Shown here in pieces: positions 18,407 to 30,740 of a stretch of DNA of 64,000 nucleotides. Both the position numbers and the translations under genes were made by a program. The stretch lies in the NCBI RefSeq assembly GCF_036507355.1, contig NZ_AP027877.1. The stretch is one strand, 5' to 3'. The notes below the pieces were generated by a model. It ran no database searches and was not told where the DNA came from. It saw only the letters and a program-made list of their open reading frames with translations. Numbering within the stretch: position 1 is the first letter of the stretch; each line of letters starts with the position of its first letter. Origin of the DNA: Escherichia coli. GTDB lineage: Bacteria; Pseudomonadota; Gammaproteobacteria; Enterobacterales; Enterobacteriaceae.

Positions 18407-19231
18407 ATGCAGCAGTTACAGAACATTATTGAAACCGCTTTTGAACGCCGTGCCGAGATCACGCCAGCCAATGCAGACACCGTTACCCGCGAAGCGGTAA
18501 ATCAGGTGATCACCCTGCTGGATTCCGGCGCACTGCGTGTAGCGGAAAAAATTGACGGTCAGTGGGTGACGCATCAGTGGTTGAAAAAAGCGGTGCTGCT
18601 CTCTTTCCGTATTAATGATAATCAGGTGATCGAAGGGGCAGAAAGCCGCTACTTCGACAAAGTGCCGATGAAATTCGCCGACTACGACGAAGCACGTTTC
18701 CAGAAAGAAGGCTTCCGCGTTGTACCACCTGCGGCGGTACGTCAGGGTGCGTTTATTGCCCGTAACACCGTGCTGATGCCGTCTTACGTCAACATCGGCG
18801 CATATGTTGATGAAGGCACCATGGTTGATACCTGGGCGACCGTCGGTTCTTGTGCGCAGATTGGTAAAAACGTCCACCTTTCCGGTGGCGTGGGCATCGG
18901 CGGTGTGCTGGAACCGCTGCAGGCTAACCCAACCATCATTGAAGATAATTGCTTCATCGGCGCGCGCTCTGAAGTGGTTGAAGGGGTGATTGTCGAAGAA
19001 GGTTCCGTCATCTCTATGGGCGTATACATTGGTCAGAGCACCCGTATTTACGACCGTGAAACCGGCGAAATCCACTACGGTCGCGTTCCGGCGGGGTCTG
19101 TGGTTGTTTCAGGTAATCTGCCGTCGAAAGATGGCAAATACAGCCTCTACTGTGCGGTTATCGTTAAGAAAGTTGACGCGAAAACTCGCGGCAAAGTCGG
19201 CATTAACGAACTGCTGCGTACCATCGACTAA
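18407..19231 (+). CDS. dapD: Tetrahydrodipicolinate N-succinyltransferase
   Basis: 274-aa [38 protein letters not shown]..., hexapeptide repeats. Confidence 0.95.
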   Translation: MQQLQNIIETAFERRAEITPANADTVTREAVNQVITLLDSGALRVAEKIDGQWVTHQWLKKAVLLSFRINDNQVIEGAESRYFDKVPMKFADYDEARFQKEGFRVVPPAAVRQGAFIARNTVLMPSYVNIGAYVDEGTMVDTWATVGSCAQIGKNVHLSGGVGIGGVLEPLQANPTIIEDNCFIGARSEVVEGVIVEEGSVISMGVYIGQSTRIYDRETGEIHYGRVPAGSVVVSGNLPSKDGKYSLYCAVIVKKVDAKTRGKVGINELLRTID

Positions 19232-19243
19232 AAGTATGCACAC

Positions 19244-19271
19244 GGGCAGCACGACGCTGCCCGATTTTTTT
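19244..19271 (+). terminator. Rho-independent terminator downstream of dapD
   Basis: GGGCAGC-ACGAC-GCTGCCC hairpin followed by GATTTTTTT. Confidence 0.7.
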
Positions 19272-19284
19272 GCAGGGATGAGCG

Positions 19285-20097
19285 ATGATTTCACGCAGAT
19301 GTTTGTTACTGGCTGCCGCCGCAACGTTAACTGCCGGATCAGGCTTCGGCTATATGCGTTATTGGGAACCAGGTTGGCTCGAATTAACCCATCAGCGCAT
19401 CGCCTTTTTTAAAGACAAAGCCGCACCCTTCAAAATTCTTTTTCTGGCAGATCTCCATTACTCTCGTTTTGTTCCTTTAAGCCTAATTTCTGACGCGATT
19501 GCTCTTGGCATAGAACAAAAGCCCGATTTGATATTGCTGGGTGGCGACTACGTATTATTTGATATGCCGCTGATTTTTTCGGCGTTTAGTAACGTACTCT
19601 CCCCCCTTGCCGAATGTGCGCCGACGTTTGCCTGCTTCGGCAACCACGATCGCCCTGTTGGTACTGAAAAAAATCACTTAATTGGCGAGACGTTGAAATC
19701 AGTGGGCATCACGGTGTTGTTTAACCAGGCTACGGTGATCGCCACGCCGAACAGACAATTCGAACTGGTAGGCACCGGTGATTTATGGGCCGGACAATGC
19801 AAACCACCTCCCGCCAGCGAAGCAAATCTGCCTCGTCTGGTGCTGGCACATAATCCCGACAGCAAAGAAGTCATGCGTGATGAACCCTGGGATCTGATGC
19901 TGTGCGGCCATACTCATGGCGGGCAACTGCGCGTACCGTTGGTTGGTGAACCTTTTGCCCCTGTCGAAGATAAACGTTACGTCGCCGGATTAAATGCCTT
20001 TGGCGAAAGACACATCTACACAACCCGTGGCGTGGGCTGTTTGTATGGTTTGCGTCTGAACTGCCGCCCGGAAGTAACGATGCTGGAACTGGTGTAG
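19285..20097 (+). CDS. yaeI: Calcineurin-like metallophosphoesterase (phosphodiesterase YaeI)
   Basis: 270-aa ORF with twin-arginine-like N-terminus and GDY/GNHD/GHTH metallophosphatase motifs. Confidence 0.85.
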   Translation: MISRRCLLLAAAATLTAGSGFGYMRYWEPGWLELTHQRIAFFKDKAAPFKILFLADLHYSRFVPLSLISDAIALGIEQKPDLILLGGDYVLFDMPLIFSAFSNVLSPLAECAPTFACFGNHDRPVGTEKNHLIGETLKSVGITVLFNQATVIATPNRQFELVGTGDLWAGQCKPPPASEANLPRLVLAHNPDSKEVMRDEPWDLMLCGHTHGGQLRVPLVGEPFAPVEDKRYVAGLNAFGERHIYTTRGVGCLYGLRLNCRPEVTMLELV

Positions 20098-20258
20098 AAC
20101 GTGAATTTTATCGCCAGAATAAAGCAGGTAATTTTTTGATTTTTACGCCATGATAGAAGTCTGGAAGAAAAAGGCTTTCTGCGATCACAGTCGAGCCGGG
20201 CGGGCCAGGCCAAATGCTAAAATAAGCACAATTTACTGACTCATTTTGAGGTAACGCT

Positions 20259-20645
20259 ATGTACGACAATCTGAAAAGTCTGGGTATTACCAATCCTGAA
20301 GAAATTGATCGTTACAGCCTCCGGCAGGAAGCCAACAACGATATTCTGAAAATCTATTTCCAGAAAGACAAAGGCGAGTTTTTCGCCAAGAGCGTTAAGT
20401 TTAAATATCCGCGTCAGCGTAAAACGGTCGTCGCTGATGGTGTGGGTCAGGGTTATAAAGAAGTCCAGGAAATCAGCCCGAATCTACGGTATATCATTGA
20501 TGAGCTTGATCAAATCTGCCAGCGTGACCGCAGCGAAGTTGATCTTAAGCGTAAGATCCTCGACGACTTACGTCACCTGGAGTCAGTCGTAACCAATAAG
20601 ATCAGCGAGATTGAAGCCGATCTGGAAAAACTAACGCGTAAATAA
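20259..20645 (+). CDS. yaeH: Conserved protein YaeH (DUF3461)
   Basis: 128-aa [45 protein letters not shown]... Confidence 0.8.
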   Translation: MYDNLKSLGITNPEEIDRYSLRQEANNDILKIYFQKDKGEFFAKSVKFKYPRQRKTVVADGVGQGYKEVQEISPNLRYIIDELDQICQRDRSEVDLKRKILDDLRHLESVVTNKISEIEADLEKLTRK

Positions 20646-20669
20646 TCCCGAATTGACGGTTAACTCGGG

Positions 20670-20702
20670 CATTCCCCTCTCCCCTTCGGGCTGAGGGGAA
20701 TG
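20670..20702. other. Stable inverted-repeat hairpin between convergent yaeH and cdaR
   Basis: CATTCCCCTC / GAGGGGAATG 10-bp arms around a 13-nt loop; no clear U-tract on either strand. Confidence 0.4.
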
Positions 20703-20733
20703 AGCCAGCGCCGCCTCAACCTTAACGCATAAC

Positions 20734-21861
20734 CTACCGCTCTTCATCCAGTTGTAACGCCACATACAGCAGCAACCTGTCATCAAAATTGCCCAAATCA
20801 AGCCCGGTCAGTTCCGATATACGATTAAGCCGATACTCCAGGGTATTACGATGAATAAACAACGCCTTTGACGTTGCCAGCGGTTGCACATTGTGACGAA
20901 ACCACGCCGCCAGCGGTCGCGCCAGTTCGTTGGCCTGCCAGTCGCCACGCAAACTGTCGAGTAACACAGGTAACATCAGATCCTGATAAAAATAGCAGCG
21001 ACTTTCTGGCATCCGCTGTTTACCCACCACCATCGTCGTTTTCGCCGTACGATAGGATCGGGCAATACTGCCAGGACCGGTAAAATAGTTGCCCAGTGAA
21101 ACGCGAAAACGCAGCTGGCCGTACTCTTTCATGCGGGTAATCAGTTGTTCAACTCGCTTACGATGATCTTCTGCATCCCAGCGCCCAAAAGAGTTCAACG
21201 CCGGTTTCAACACCACCATTTCGGTTAGCGAGACAATCGCCACCAGATTATTACGCTCGGGCGTAGTCAGCGCGTTTTGCAGTTGTTGTAACTCCGCCAT
21301 TGCGCTGTCCACACCAAGCTGACCGCAGTCGACCTCAACAATAGCCACCACTCGCGGTTGATTGAGATCGATCCCCAGCCGTTGCGCCCATTCAGTAAGT
21401 GCGGGAGTATTCTCCTCTGCCTGAATCAGGTTCATCACCAGTTCCTCCCGCAAACGGCTATCCTGCGCCAACAAGTGCATCAACCGCGACTGTTCCAGCA
21501 TCATTTCAGCCGTCATGCAGACCAGTTCGCCATATTTACGCAGATTCTCTGGTTCACCTGTCAGGCCAATTACGCCGACAATTTCACCTTCCAGCCGTAA
21601 CGGTAGATTAATCCCTTGCCGCACACCGTGCAGATGACGTGCCACCGCGTCATCGATATCGACGACTCGTCCCTGTGAAAGTACCAGCAATGCACCTTCG
21701 TGCAATTCACCAATACGCTCACGATCGCCGCTGCCGATAATTCGCCCACGGGCATCCATTACGTTGATATTGGTATCGATGATGCGCATGGTACGTGCCA
21801 CGATATCCTGCGCCATTTTGGTATCAAGATGCCAGCCAGCCATAAGTCCTCCGTTATGCAC
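20734..21861 (-). CDS. cdaR: Carbohydrate diacid regulator CdaR (SdaR); start uncertain (GTG 21861 or ATG 21843)
   Basis: ORF with C-terminal PucR-type HTH (ALFIHRNTLEYRLNRISELTG); in-frame TAA at 21865..21867 caps the frame; ATG at 21843 is preceded by GGAGGA. Confidence 0.85.
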   Translation of the reverse strand: MHNGGLMAGWHLDTKMAQDIVARTMRIIDTNINVMDARGRIIGSGDRERIGELHEGALLVLSQGRVVDIDDAVARHLHGVRQGINLPLRLEGEIVGVIGLTGEPENLRKYGELVCMTAEMMLEQSRLMHLLAQDSRLREELVMNLIQAEENTPALTEWAQRLGIDLNQPRVVAIVEVDCGQLGVDSAMAELQQLQNALTTPERNNLVAIVSLTEMVVLKPALNSFGRWDAEDHRKRVEQLITRMKEYGQLRFRVSLGNYFTGPGSIARSYRTAKTTMVVGKQRMPESRCYFYQDLMLPVLLDSLRGDWQANELARPLAAWFRHNVQPLATSKALFIHRNTLEYRLNRISELTGLDLGNFDDRLLLYVALQLDEER

Positions 21862-21997
21862 GGCTTAGCATAAGGAAGTACGTAACGTACGGCATTGTGC
21901 AAATGCCTAAAGGATGATGAAGATGTATGGAGTTGTGGTGAAGTTCACAGATTGTAAGGAGAACCCCTTCCCGTTTTCAGGAAGGGGTTGAGGGAGA

Positions 21998-23422
21998 TTA
22001 CTGCATTAACAGGTAGATGGTGCTGTCGCCGCGCTGAATGTTCAGTGCCAGCACAGACGGTTTGCTGTCGAGAACTTTACGCAGTTCAGCGATGTTTTTC
22101 ACTGCCTGCTGGTTCGCGCCAATAATCACATCACCTTTCTTCAGGCCGATCTGCGCAGCCGGAGTGCCCGTTTTCACGTTGTTCACTACCACGCCCTGAT
22201 CTTTGCCTTTGTTGCTCATCTCAGCGCCTTCAATGCCGTTGAAGATGGAGCTGGAATCAACCTGATTCTGGCTGCTCTGCTGCAGTTCCAGGTTCACGTT
22301 AACCTGCTTACCGTCGCGCAGTAAGCCCAGGGTCAGTTTGCTGCCCACCGGCATAGTACCCACCTGAGCACGCAGTGCGGCAAAGCTGCTGATCGGCTTA
22401 CCGTTCAGTGAGGTGATCACGTCACCCGCTTTAATGCCCGCTTTTGCAGCGGAGGAATTAGGCAGAACCTGGCTTACGAAAGCACCGCGCTGGGCGTCAA
22501 CTTTCATCGCTTTCGCCAGTTCGGAGTTCAGCTCAGTCCCCATAATACCCAGCTCACCGCGTTTCACCTGGCCGTATTCCACCATCTGCGAGGTCAGGTT
22601 TTTCACCATGTTGCTCGGGATTGCAAAACCGATACCGATGTTGCCACCGTCCGGTGCGAGGATCGCGGTGTTGATACCGATCAGTTCGCCGTTCAGGTTA
22701 ACCAGCGCACCACCGGAGTTACCACGGTTGATCGCTGCATCGGTCTGGATGAAGTTTTCGTAGTTTTCGGCATTCAGGCCGCTACGCCCCAGCGCAGAGA
22801 CAATCCCGGAAGTTACCGTCTCGCCCAGACCAAACGGGTTACCAATCGCTACGGTGTAATCACCCACGCGCAGTGCATCAGAATCCGCCATCTTAATTGC
22901 GGTCAGGTTTTTCGGATTCTGGATTTGGATCAGCGCGATATCAGAGCGCGGATCTTTGCCAACCATCTTCGCGTCGAACTTACGACCATCGCTCAGCTGG
23001 ACTTTAATCACCGTCGCGTTATCAACAACGTGGTTGTTGGTGACGACATAGCCTTTATCGGCATCAATGATGACGCCGGAACCCAGCGCCATGAATTTCT
23101 GTTGCTGGCCGCCACCATTACCGCCCTGGCCACCCTGGCAGAACGGAGAGCTCTGGAACGGAGAACCTTCCTGGCAGAACGGAGAATCATCACCGAAGAA
23201 CTGCTGGAAATTACGCGGCATACGCGGCGTATTAACGGTTGTGCTACCTTCTACGTTAATGCTGACCACTGAAGGCATCACCTTTTCGAGCATCGGTGCA
23301 AGGCTTGGCATCTGCTGGGCTGTCGTTGCTGAAGAAGTCTCAGCCGCCGTTGCAGAGAGCGGAGATAACGCCAAACCTAAACTCAGAGCCAGTGCACTCA
23401 GTGCTAATGTGGTTTTTTTCAT
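21998..23422 (-). CDS. degP: Periplasmic serine endoprotease/chaperone DegP (HtrA)
   Basis: 474-aa ORF, signal peptide MKKTTLALSALALSLGLALSPLSATA, trypsin-like domain (GNSGGAL) + two PDZ domains. Confidence 0.95.
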   Translation of the reverse strand: MKKTTLALSALALSLGLALSPLSATAAETSSATTAQQMPSLAPMLEKVMPSVVSINVEGSTTVNTPRMPRNFQQFFGDDSPFCQEGSPFQSSPFCQGGQGGNGGGQQQKFMALGSGVIIDADKGYVVTNNHVVDNATVIKVQLSDGRKFDAKMVGKDPRSDIALIQIQNPKNLTAIKMADSDALRVGDYTVAIGNPFGLGETVTSGIVSALGRSGLNAENYENFIQTDAAINRGNSGGALVNLNGELIGINTAILAPDGGNIGIGFAIPSNMVKNLTSQMVEYGQVKRGELGIMGTELNSELAKAMKVDAQRGAFVSQVLPNSSAAKAGIKAGDVITSLNGKPISSFAALRAQVGTMPVGSKLTLGLLRDGKQVNVNLELQQSSQNQVDSSSIFNGIEGAEMSNKGKDQGVVVNNVKTGTPAAQIGLKKGDVIIGANQQAVKNIAELRKVLDSKPSVLALNIQRGDSTIYLLMQ

Positions 23423-23464
23423 GTATTTCAGTCTCGATTAACAGATAACGCAAAATTGCTGTGT

Positions 23465-23495
23465 TCTTCAGATTCGTTTTATAGCGCGAAGTTCC
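23465..23495 (-). promoter_or_regulatory. sigma-E-type promoter of degP
   Basis: On minus strand GGAACTT -16 bp- TCTGA upstream of degP; matches recalled degP P(sigmaE) sequence ggaacttc...aaaacgaatctgaagaacacagcaattttgcg. Confidence 0.55.
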
Positions 23496-23551
23496 GAACT
23501 AAAGTTTCTGCAAAAGGTAAAAATTTATTGTTCGTCTTTACAAAAGCCTGG

Positions 23552-25069
23552 TTATTGTTCTACGGCCATCAGACGTCGGTATTCATCCCACGTATAGAGG
23601 TCGGTCATACCGCTGATATAATCCTGCAACAGGCGGCAACGGTAATAATATTCCCATAGCGGAAACTCAGGAGAATCTGACGGTAATTTACTGACAGCCT
23701 CGACATAGGCCAGCCGATGGCGCGTCGAGAGTTTGTGGAATAAGCGCGATTCAATAGGGAAACGTTTCACCCGTTCTTTTTCTACCAGTTCAGTAAAGTC
23801 TGATAACGACAGGCTTAATAAAGGACGATAAATCTCTAATAATCCGCTAATGACCCGATAGCCCTGCAATTCAAGCTGCTCGACATCTGGATGGCTAAAC
23901 ACATGTTTTACAGCGACATTTTTATATAGCTTAAGAAGATCGCTGCATTCGCTGGCATCTTCCAATAATGCATGATTAAACGTTCCGGCGAAAATCGCAG
24001 GCAGATTATCAATAAATCGTTGTGCCGCGTAGGGTACCAGTTTATTTAGGGTGTTTACCCGTAAATACATAAAAAACTGATCTTCCGTACTGCGGCTTAA
24101 ACTATTTGAGCGTGATTTTTCCCAGGCATTTTCAACCACTAGCGAAAAGAGCGAACCTTTCTCATGCTGACCCCACGCCTCGTGCAAATGATGATAAAGC
24201 TGCTCAACGGTAAATATTCTTTTCTCTACCGCATCTTCAAGGTCTGCCACACAATAGGAGATGTCGTCGGCAGCTTCCATAATCCACGTTAATGGAAAAC
24301 GACTGTAAAGCGCCAAATTAAGTTCTTTACGCAACCGGGCAATATAGGCTTCTTCAGAAAGATAATAACCCGGCTTTTTCATTAAATAGTGATGTGTCTC
24401 AGGCGTTTCGCCACGCCACCACGCCGGACGGGTATATTTTAAAATACCGCCAACCTGTGCCCAGGTGAGATTCATCCTCATCAATGTATGCACCAGACGA
24501 ATGCCTTGTGCATTCCCCTCAAAATGACATAAGTCCTGACGAATCTTGCGCCGCAGCTCGTTAAGCGGTTCTTCCCCGTCCCGTAAACGTAGTGCCGCCA
24601 CGCTGCAGCGATCGTCAGTCAGAGGCTGGCTTTCGGCATCTTCCGGGTATAAACGCTGGCGAAACCAGTCATTTATCGCTGCTTCGCCAAAATGACCAAA
24701 CGGCGGATTGCCGATATCGTGCATCAGGCATGACATCTCAACAATGCTTTCAAAAGGTCCGGTCAGTTCATCCAGGCCGTATGCTTCCAGCAATTTAAGC
24801 TCTTTCAGACGGCTTAAAATTTCTTTGGCGATGTAGCGCCCCACCTGCTGGACTTCCATCGAGTGGGTAAGACGCGTGCGCACGGCGGCATTGCGCTCCA
24901 GTGGAAAAACCTGGGTCTTTTGTTGCAGACGACGAATTGCCGGAGAGTTGATGATACGCCCGCGATCGCTCTCAAAGATCCGCAGGATCTCATGTTCGGT
25001 TTTAACGCCCTGCGGTGAACGGTAACGACGATGCCAGTTTATTTTTTTTCGGAAATCAATCTGTGCCAT
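23552..25069 (-). CDS. dgt: dGTP triphosphohydrolase
   Basis: 505-aa [24 protein letters not shown]..., HD-domain motifs. Confidence 0.95.
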   Translation of the reverse strand: MAQIDFRKKINWHRRYRSPQGVKTEHEILRIFESDRGRIINSPAIRRLQQKTQVFPLERNAAVRTRLTHSMEVQQVGRYIAKEILSRLKELKLLEAYGLDELTGPFESIVEMSCLMHDIGNPPFGHFGEAAINDWFRQRLYPEDAESQPLTDDRCSVAALRLRDGEEPLNELRRKIRQDLCHFEGNAQGIRLVHTLMRMNLTWAQVGGILKYTRPAWWRGETPETHHYLMKKPGYYLSEEAYIARLRKELNLALYSRFPLTWIMEAADDISYCVADLEDAVEKRIFTVEQLYHHLHEAWGQHEKGSLFSLVVENAWEKSRSNSLSRSTEDQFFMYLRVNTLNKLVPYAAQRFIDNLPAIFAGTFNHALLEDASECSDLLKLYKNVAVKHVFSHPDVEQLELQGYRVISGLLEIYRPLLSLSLSDFTELVEKERVKRFPIESRLFHKLSTRHRLAYVEAVSKLPSDSPEFPLWEYYYRCRLLQDYISGMTDLYTWDEYRRLMAVEQ

Positions 25070-25152
25070 GTCCTCTCCCGCGTGAGAAATACGCTTCCCC
25101 GTAAGCGCATGGTAAACTATGCCTTCAAATCGGGCTTATCGCGAGTAAATCT

Positions 25153-25851
25153 ATGAAAATCGGCATCATTGGTGCAATGGAAGAAGAAGTTACGCTGCTG
25201 CGTGACAAAATCGAAAACCGTCAAACTATCAGTCTCGGCGGTTGCGAAATCTATACCGGCCAACTGAATGGAACCGAGGTTGCGCTTCTGAAATCGGGCA
25301 TCGGTAAAGTCGCTGCGGCGCTGGGTGCCACTTTGCTGTTGGAACACTGCAAGCCAGATGTGATTATTAACACCGGTTCTGCCGGTGGCCTGGCACCAAC
25401 GCTGAAAGTGGGCGATATCGTTGTCTCGGACGAAGCACGTTATCACGACGCGGATGTCACGGCATTTGGTTATGAATACGGTCAGTTACCAGGCTGTCCG
25501 GCAGGCTTTAAAGCTGACGATAAACTGATCGCTGCCGCTGAGGCCTGCATTGCCGAACTGAATCTTAACGCTGTACGTGGCCTGATTGTTAGCGGCGACG
25601 CTTTCATCAACGGTTCTGTTGGTCTGGCGAAAATCCGCCACAACTTCCCACAGGCCATTGCTGTAGAGATGGAAGCGACGGCAATCGCCCATGTCTGCCA
25701 CAATTTCAACGTCCCGTTTGTTGTCGTACGCGCCATCTCCGACGTGGCCGATCAACAGTCTCATCTTAGCTTCGATGAGTTCCTGGCTGTTGCCGCTAAA
25801 CAGTCCAGCCTGATGGTTGAGTCACTGGTGCAGAAACTGGCACATGGCTAA
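25153..25851 (+). CDS. mtnN: 5'-methylthioadenosine/S-adenosylhomocysteine nucleosidase
   Basis: 232-aa [43 protein letters not shown]... Confidence 0.95.
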   Translation: MKIGIIGAMEEEVTLLRDKIENRQTISLGGCEIYTGQLNGTEVALLKSGIGKVAAALGATLLLEHCKPDVIINTGSAGGLAPTLKVGDIVVSDEARYHDADVTAFGYEYGQLPGCPAGFKADDKLIAAAEACIAELNLNAVRGLIVSGDAFINGSVGLAKIRHNFPQAIAVEMEATAIAHVCHNFNVPFVVVRAISDVADQQSHLSFDEFLAVAAKQSSLMVESLVQKLAHG

Positions 25852-26644
25852 GTCACTGTTCAGGGCGCTGGTCGCCCTGTCTTTTCTCGCGCCACTGTGG
25901 CTCAACGCCGCGCCGCGCGTCATCACGCTTTCTCCCGCCAACACTGAACTTGCCTTTGCCGCCGGGATCACGCCGGTTGGGGTCAGCAGCTATTCCGACT
26001 ATCCTCCACAAGCGCAAAAGATTGAGCAGGTTTCCACCTGGCAGGGGATGAATCTGGAACGCATTGTCGCGCTGAAACCCGATCTGGTGATTGCCTGGCG
26101 TGGAGGTAATGCCGAGCGGCAGGTTGACCAGCTGGCTTCGCTGGGAATAAAAGTGATGTGGGTCGATGCGACAAGCATTGAACAAATTGCCAATGCGTTA
26201 CGTCAACTGGCCCCCTGGAGTCCGCAACCGGATAAGGCCGAACAAGCCGCGCAATCCCTGCTGGATCAGTACGCGCAATTGAAAGCGCAATATGCTGATA
26301 AACCTAAAAAACGTGTTTTTCTGCAATTCGGCATTAATCCGCCATTTACCAGTGGAAAAGAGTCGATTCAAAACCAGGTACTCGAAGTTTGTGGCGGAGA
26401 AAACATCTTTAAAGACAGCCGGGTTCCCTGGCCGCAAGTTAGCCGCGAACAGGTGTTAGCACGCTCGCCACAGGCGATTGTCATTACAGGCGGACCGGAC
26501 CAAATTCCTAAAATCAAACAATACTGGGGTGAACAGCTCAAAATTCCCGTTATTCCTCTCACGAGTGACTGGTTTGAACGTGCAAGCCCACGTATTATCC
26601 TCGCTGCACAACAGCTCTGTAATGCGCTTTCACAGGTAGATTAG
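25844..26644 (+). CDS. btuF: Periplasmic vitamin B12-binding protein BtuF
   Basis: ORF 25817..26644; 266-aa product from ATG 25844 ([33 protein letters not shown]), overlaps mtnN 3' end by 8 nt. Confidence 0.9.
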   Translation: MAKSLFRALVALSFLAPLWLNAAPRVITLSPANTELAFAAGITPVGVSSYSDYPPQAQKIEQVSTWQGMNLERIVALKPDLVIAWRGGNAERQVDQLASLGIKVMWVDATSIEQIANALRQLAPWSPQPDKAEQAAQSLLDQYAQLKAQYADKPKKRVFLQFGINPPFTSGKESIQNQVLEVCGGENIFKDSRVPWPQVSREQVLARSPQAIVITGGPDQIPKIKQYWGEQLKIPVIPLTSDWFERASPRIILAAQQLCNALSQVD

Positions 26645-26681
26645 TGCCTGACCTTTTTAGGTGCTCAGTGGGGATTGAACA

Positions 26682-27305
26682 ATGCTCGTCTATTGGCTGG
26701 ATATAGTCGGCACAGCGGTATTTGCCATCTCCGGCGTTTTGTTAGCCGGAAAATTGCGTATGGACCCTTTTGGTGTTCTGGTATTGGGCGTGGTTACCGC
26801 AGTAGGCGGCGGGACAATTCGCGACATGGCGCTGGATCACGGCCCGGTATTTTGGGTGAAAGATCCCACCGATCTGGTCGTTGCAATGGTAACCAGCATG
26901 CTGACCATCGTGCTGGTGCGCCAGCCAAGACGCTTACCAAAATGGATGTTGCCGGTGCTGGACGCCGTTGGTCTGGCGGTGTTTGTCGGCATTGGCGTGA
27001 ATAAAGCCTTTAATGCGGAAGCCGGTCCGTTAATCGCGGTTTGTATGGGCGTCATTACTGGCGTTGGCGGCGGGATCATTCGTGATGTTCTGGCCCGCGA
27101 AATCCCCATGATTTTACGTACAGAAATCTACGCAACAGCCTGTATTATCGGCGGTATTGTCCACGCTACGGCTTATTACACATTTTCCGTACCACTGGAA
27201 ACAGCCAGTATGATGGGCATGGTCGTGACGCTATTGATTCGGCTGGCGGCTATTCGTTGGCATCTTAAGCTACCGACGTTTGCGCTGGATGAGAATGGGC
27301 GTTGA
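26682..27305 (+). CDS. yadS: UPF0126 family inner-membrane protein YadS
   Basis: 207-aa multi-pass membrane ORF with two glycine-rich repeats (GGGTIRD / GGGIIRD). Confidence 0.8.
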   Translation: MLVYWLDIVGTAVFAISGVLLAGKLRMDPFGVLVLGVVTAVGGGTIRDMALDHGPVFWVKDPTDLVVAMVTSMLTIVLVRQPRRLPKWMLPVLDAVGLAVFVGIGVNKAFNAEAGPLIAVCMGVITGVGGGIIRDVLAREIPMILRTEIYATACIIGGIVHATAYYTFSVPLETASMMGMVVTLLIRLAAIRWHLKLPTFALDENGR

Positions 27306-27314
27306 AGAGAGAAG

Positions 27315-27341
27315 ATGTGCCGGATAGTTTATCCGGCACAT
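27315..27341. terminator. Hairpin between convergent yadS and erpA (probable bidirectional terminator)
   Basis: 12-bp perfect stem AT-GTGCCGGATA / TATCCGGCAC-AT with 3-nt loop. Confidence 0.45.
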
Positions 27342-27351
27342 GAACAACAGA

Positions 27352-27696
27352 TTAGATGCTAAAGGAAGAACCGCAACCGCAGGTGCTTTTCGCGTTCGGG
27401 TTGGTCACGATGAAACGAGAACCTTCCAGTCCTTCGGTATAGTCAACGGAACCGCCGACCAGATATTGCAGGCTCATCGGATCAACCACCAGGCCAACGC
27501 CCTGTTTTTCGATGGTCATATCGCCTTCGTTCACCTGATCATCAAAGGTGAAACCATACTGGAAGCCGCTGCAACCGCCACCGGTGATATACACGCGTAA
27601 TTTCAGATTCGGGTTATCTTCGTCAGCGATCAGGCTTTTAACTTTGTTGGCTGCTGCGTCGGTAAACTCCAGCGGCAGTGCTACGTCATCACTCAT
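27352..27696 (-). CDS. erpA: Fe-S cluster insertion A-type carrier ErpA
   Basis: ORF 27352..27729; 114-aa product from [19 protein letters not shown]..., CGCG cysteine motif at C-terminus. Confidence 0.9.
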
Positions 27697-27777
27697 ATTT
27701 TGCTCCAAACGACATCGGCAATTGGGCAAATTCTAACCCAATAATAATCGCCATTATCTAATACCCTGGTATTTCGT

Positions 27778-29217
<1,440 letters not shown>

Positions 29218-29423
29218 TCATACAAATAAGATGACGGCATTTTACTCGCACGTTCCATGAAAATCCTTTGCAAAGCGTAATGTTTCAAATGCACAAAACT
29301 TTTATACTCTAAGAAATCAGGATTGCACCAGTACAAGCAGCCTGATGTTTGACGAGTATTTAACTTGTTATGAATAACATAGAATAGCAGCCATTCACTT
29401 TTTCTACGAATCAGGAACCCTCC

Positions 29424-30704
29424 ATGAGTAAGTCTGAAAATCTTTACAGCGCAGCGCGCGAGCTGATCCCTGGCGGTGTGAACTCCCCTGTTCGCGCCTT
29501 TACTGGCGTGGGCGGCACTCCACTGTTTATCGAAAAAGCGGACGGCGCTTATCTGTACGATGTTGATGGCAAAGCCTATATCGATTATGTCGGTTCCTGG
29601 GGGCCGATGGTGCTGGGCCATAACCATCCGGCGATCCGCAATGCCGTGATTGAAGCCGCCGAGCGTGGTTTAAGCTTTGGTGCACCAACCGAAATGGAAG
29701 TGAAAATGGCGCAACTGGTGACCGAACTGGTCCCGACCATGGATATGGTGCGCATGGTGAACTCCGGCACCGAGGCGACGATGAGCGCCATCCGCCTGGC
29801 CCGTGGTTTTACCGGTCGCGACAAAATTATTAAATTTGAAGGTTGTTACCACGGTCACGCTGACTGCCTGCTGGTAAAAGCCGGTTCTGGCGCACTCACG
29901 TTAGGCCAGCCAAACTCGCCGGGCGTTCCGGCAGATTTCGCCAAACATACCTTAACCTGTACTTATAACGATCTGGCTTCTGTACGCGCCGCGTTTGAGC
30001 AATACCCGCAAGAGATTGCCTGTATTATCGTCGAGCCGGTGGCAGGCAATATGAACTGTGTTCCGCCGCTGCCAGAGTTCCTGCCAGGTCTGCGTGCGCT
30101 GTGTGACGAATTTGGCGCATTGCTGATCATCGATGAAGTGATGACCGGTTTCCGCGTAGCGCTAGCTGGCGCACAGGATTATTACGGTGTGGAACCGGAT
30201 CTCACCTGCCTGGGCAAAATCATCGGCGGTGGAATGCCGGTAGGCGCATTCGGTGGTCGTCGTGATGTAATGGATGCGCTGGCCCCGACGGGTCCGGTCT
30301 ATCAGGCGGGTACGCTTTCCGGTAACCCGATTGCGATGGCAGCCGGTTTCGCCTGTCTGAATGAAGTCGCGCAGCCGGGCGTTCACGAAACGCTGGATGA
30401 GCTGACAACACGTCTGGCAGAAGGTCTGCTGGAAGCGGCAGAAGAAGCCGGAATTCCGCTGGTGGTAAACCACGTTGGCGGCATGTTCGGTATTTTCTTT
30501 ACCGACGCCGAGTCCGTGACGTGCTATCAGGATGTGATGGCCTGTGACGTCGAGCGTTTTAAGCGTTTCTTCCATATGATGTTGGATGAAGGTGTTTACC
30601 TGGCACCGTCAGCGTTTGAAGCGGGCTTTATGTCTGTGGCGCACAGCATGGAAGATATCAATAACACCATCGATGCTGCACGTCGGGTATTTGCGAAGTT
30701 GTGA
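29424..30704 (+). CDS. hemL: Glutamate-1-semialdehyde 2,1-aminomutase
   Basis: 426-aa [29 protein letters not shown]..., PLP aminotransferase class III. Confidence 0.95.
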   Translation: MSKSENLYSAARELIPGGVNSPVRAFTGVGGTPLFIEKADGAYLYDVDGKAYIDYVGSWGPMVLGHNHPAIRNAVIEAAERGLSFGAPTEMEVKMAQLVTELVPTMDMVRMVNSGTEATMSAIRLARGFTGRDKIIKFEGCYHGHADCLLVKAGSGALTLGQPNSPGVPADFAKHTLTCTYNDLASVRAAFEQYPQEIACIIVEPVAGNMNCVPPLPEFLPGLRALCDEFGALLIIDEVMTGFRVALAGAQDYYGVEPDLTCLGKIIGGGMPVGAFGGRRDVMDALAPTGPVYQAGTLSGNPIAMAAGFACLNEVAQPGVHETLDELTTRLAEGLLEAAEEAGIPLVVNHVGGMFGIFFTDAESVTCYQDVMACDVERFKRFFHMMLDEGVYLAPSAFEAGFMSVAHSMEDINNTIDAARRVFAKL

Positions 30705-30711
30705 TAATTTT

Positions 30712-30740
30712 GCCTCGCCCACCGGGCGAGGCATTCTATT
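30712..30740 (+). terminator. Rho-independent terminator downstream of hemL (overlaps fhuB stop)
   Basis: GCCTCGCCC-ACCG-GGCGAGGC hairpin followed by ATTCTATT. Confidence 0.6.

Noticed and set aside
20670-20702. Hairpin between yaeH and cdaR as a rho-independent terminator
   Set aside because: Strong stem but no U-tract on either strand; recorded as a generic hairpin rather than a confident terminator.
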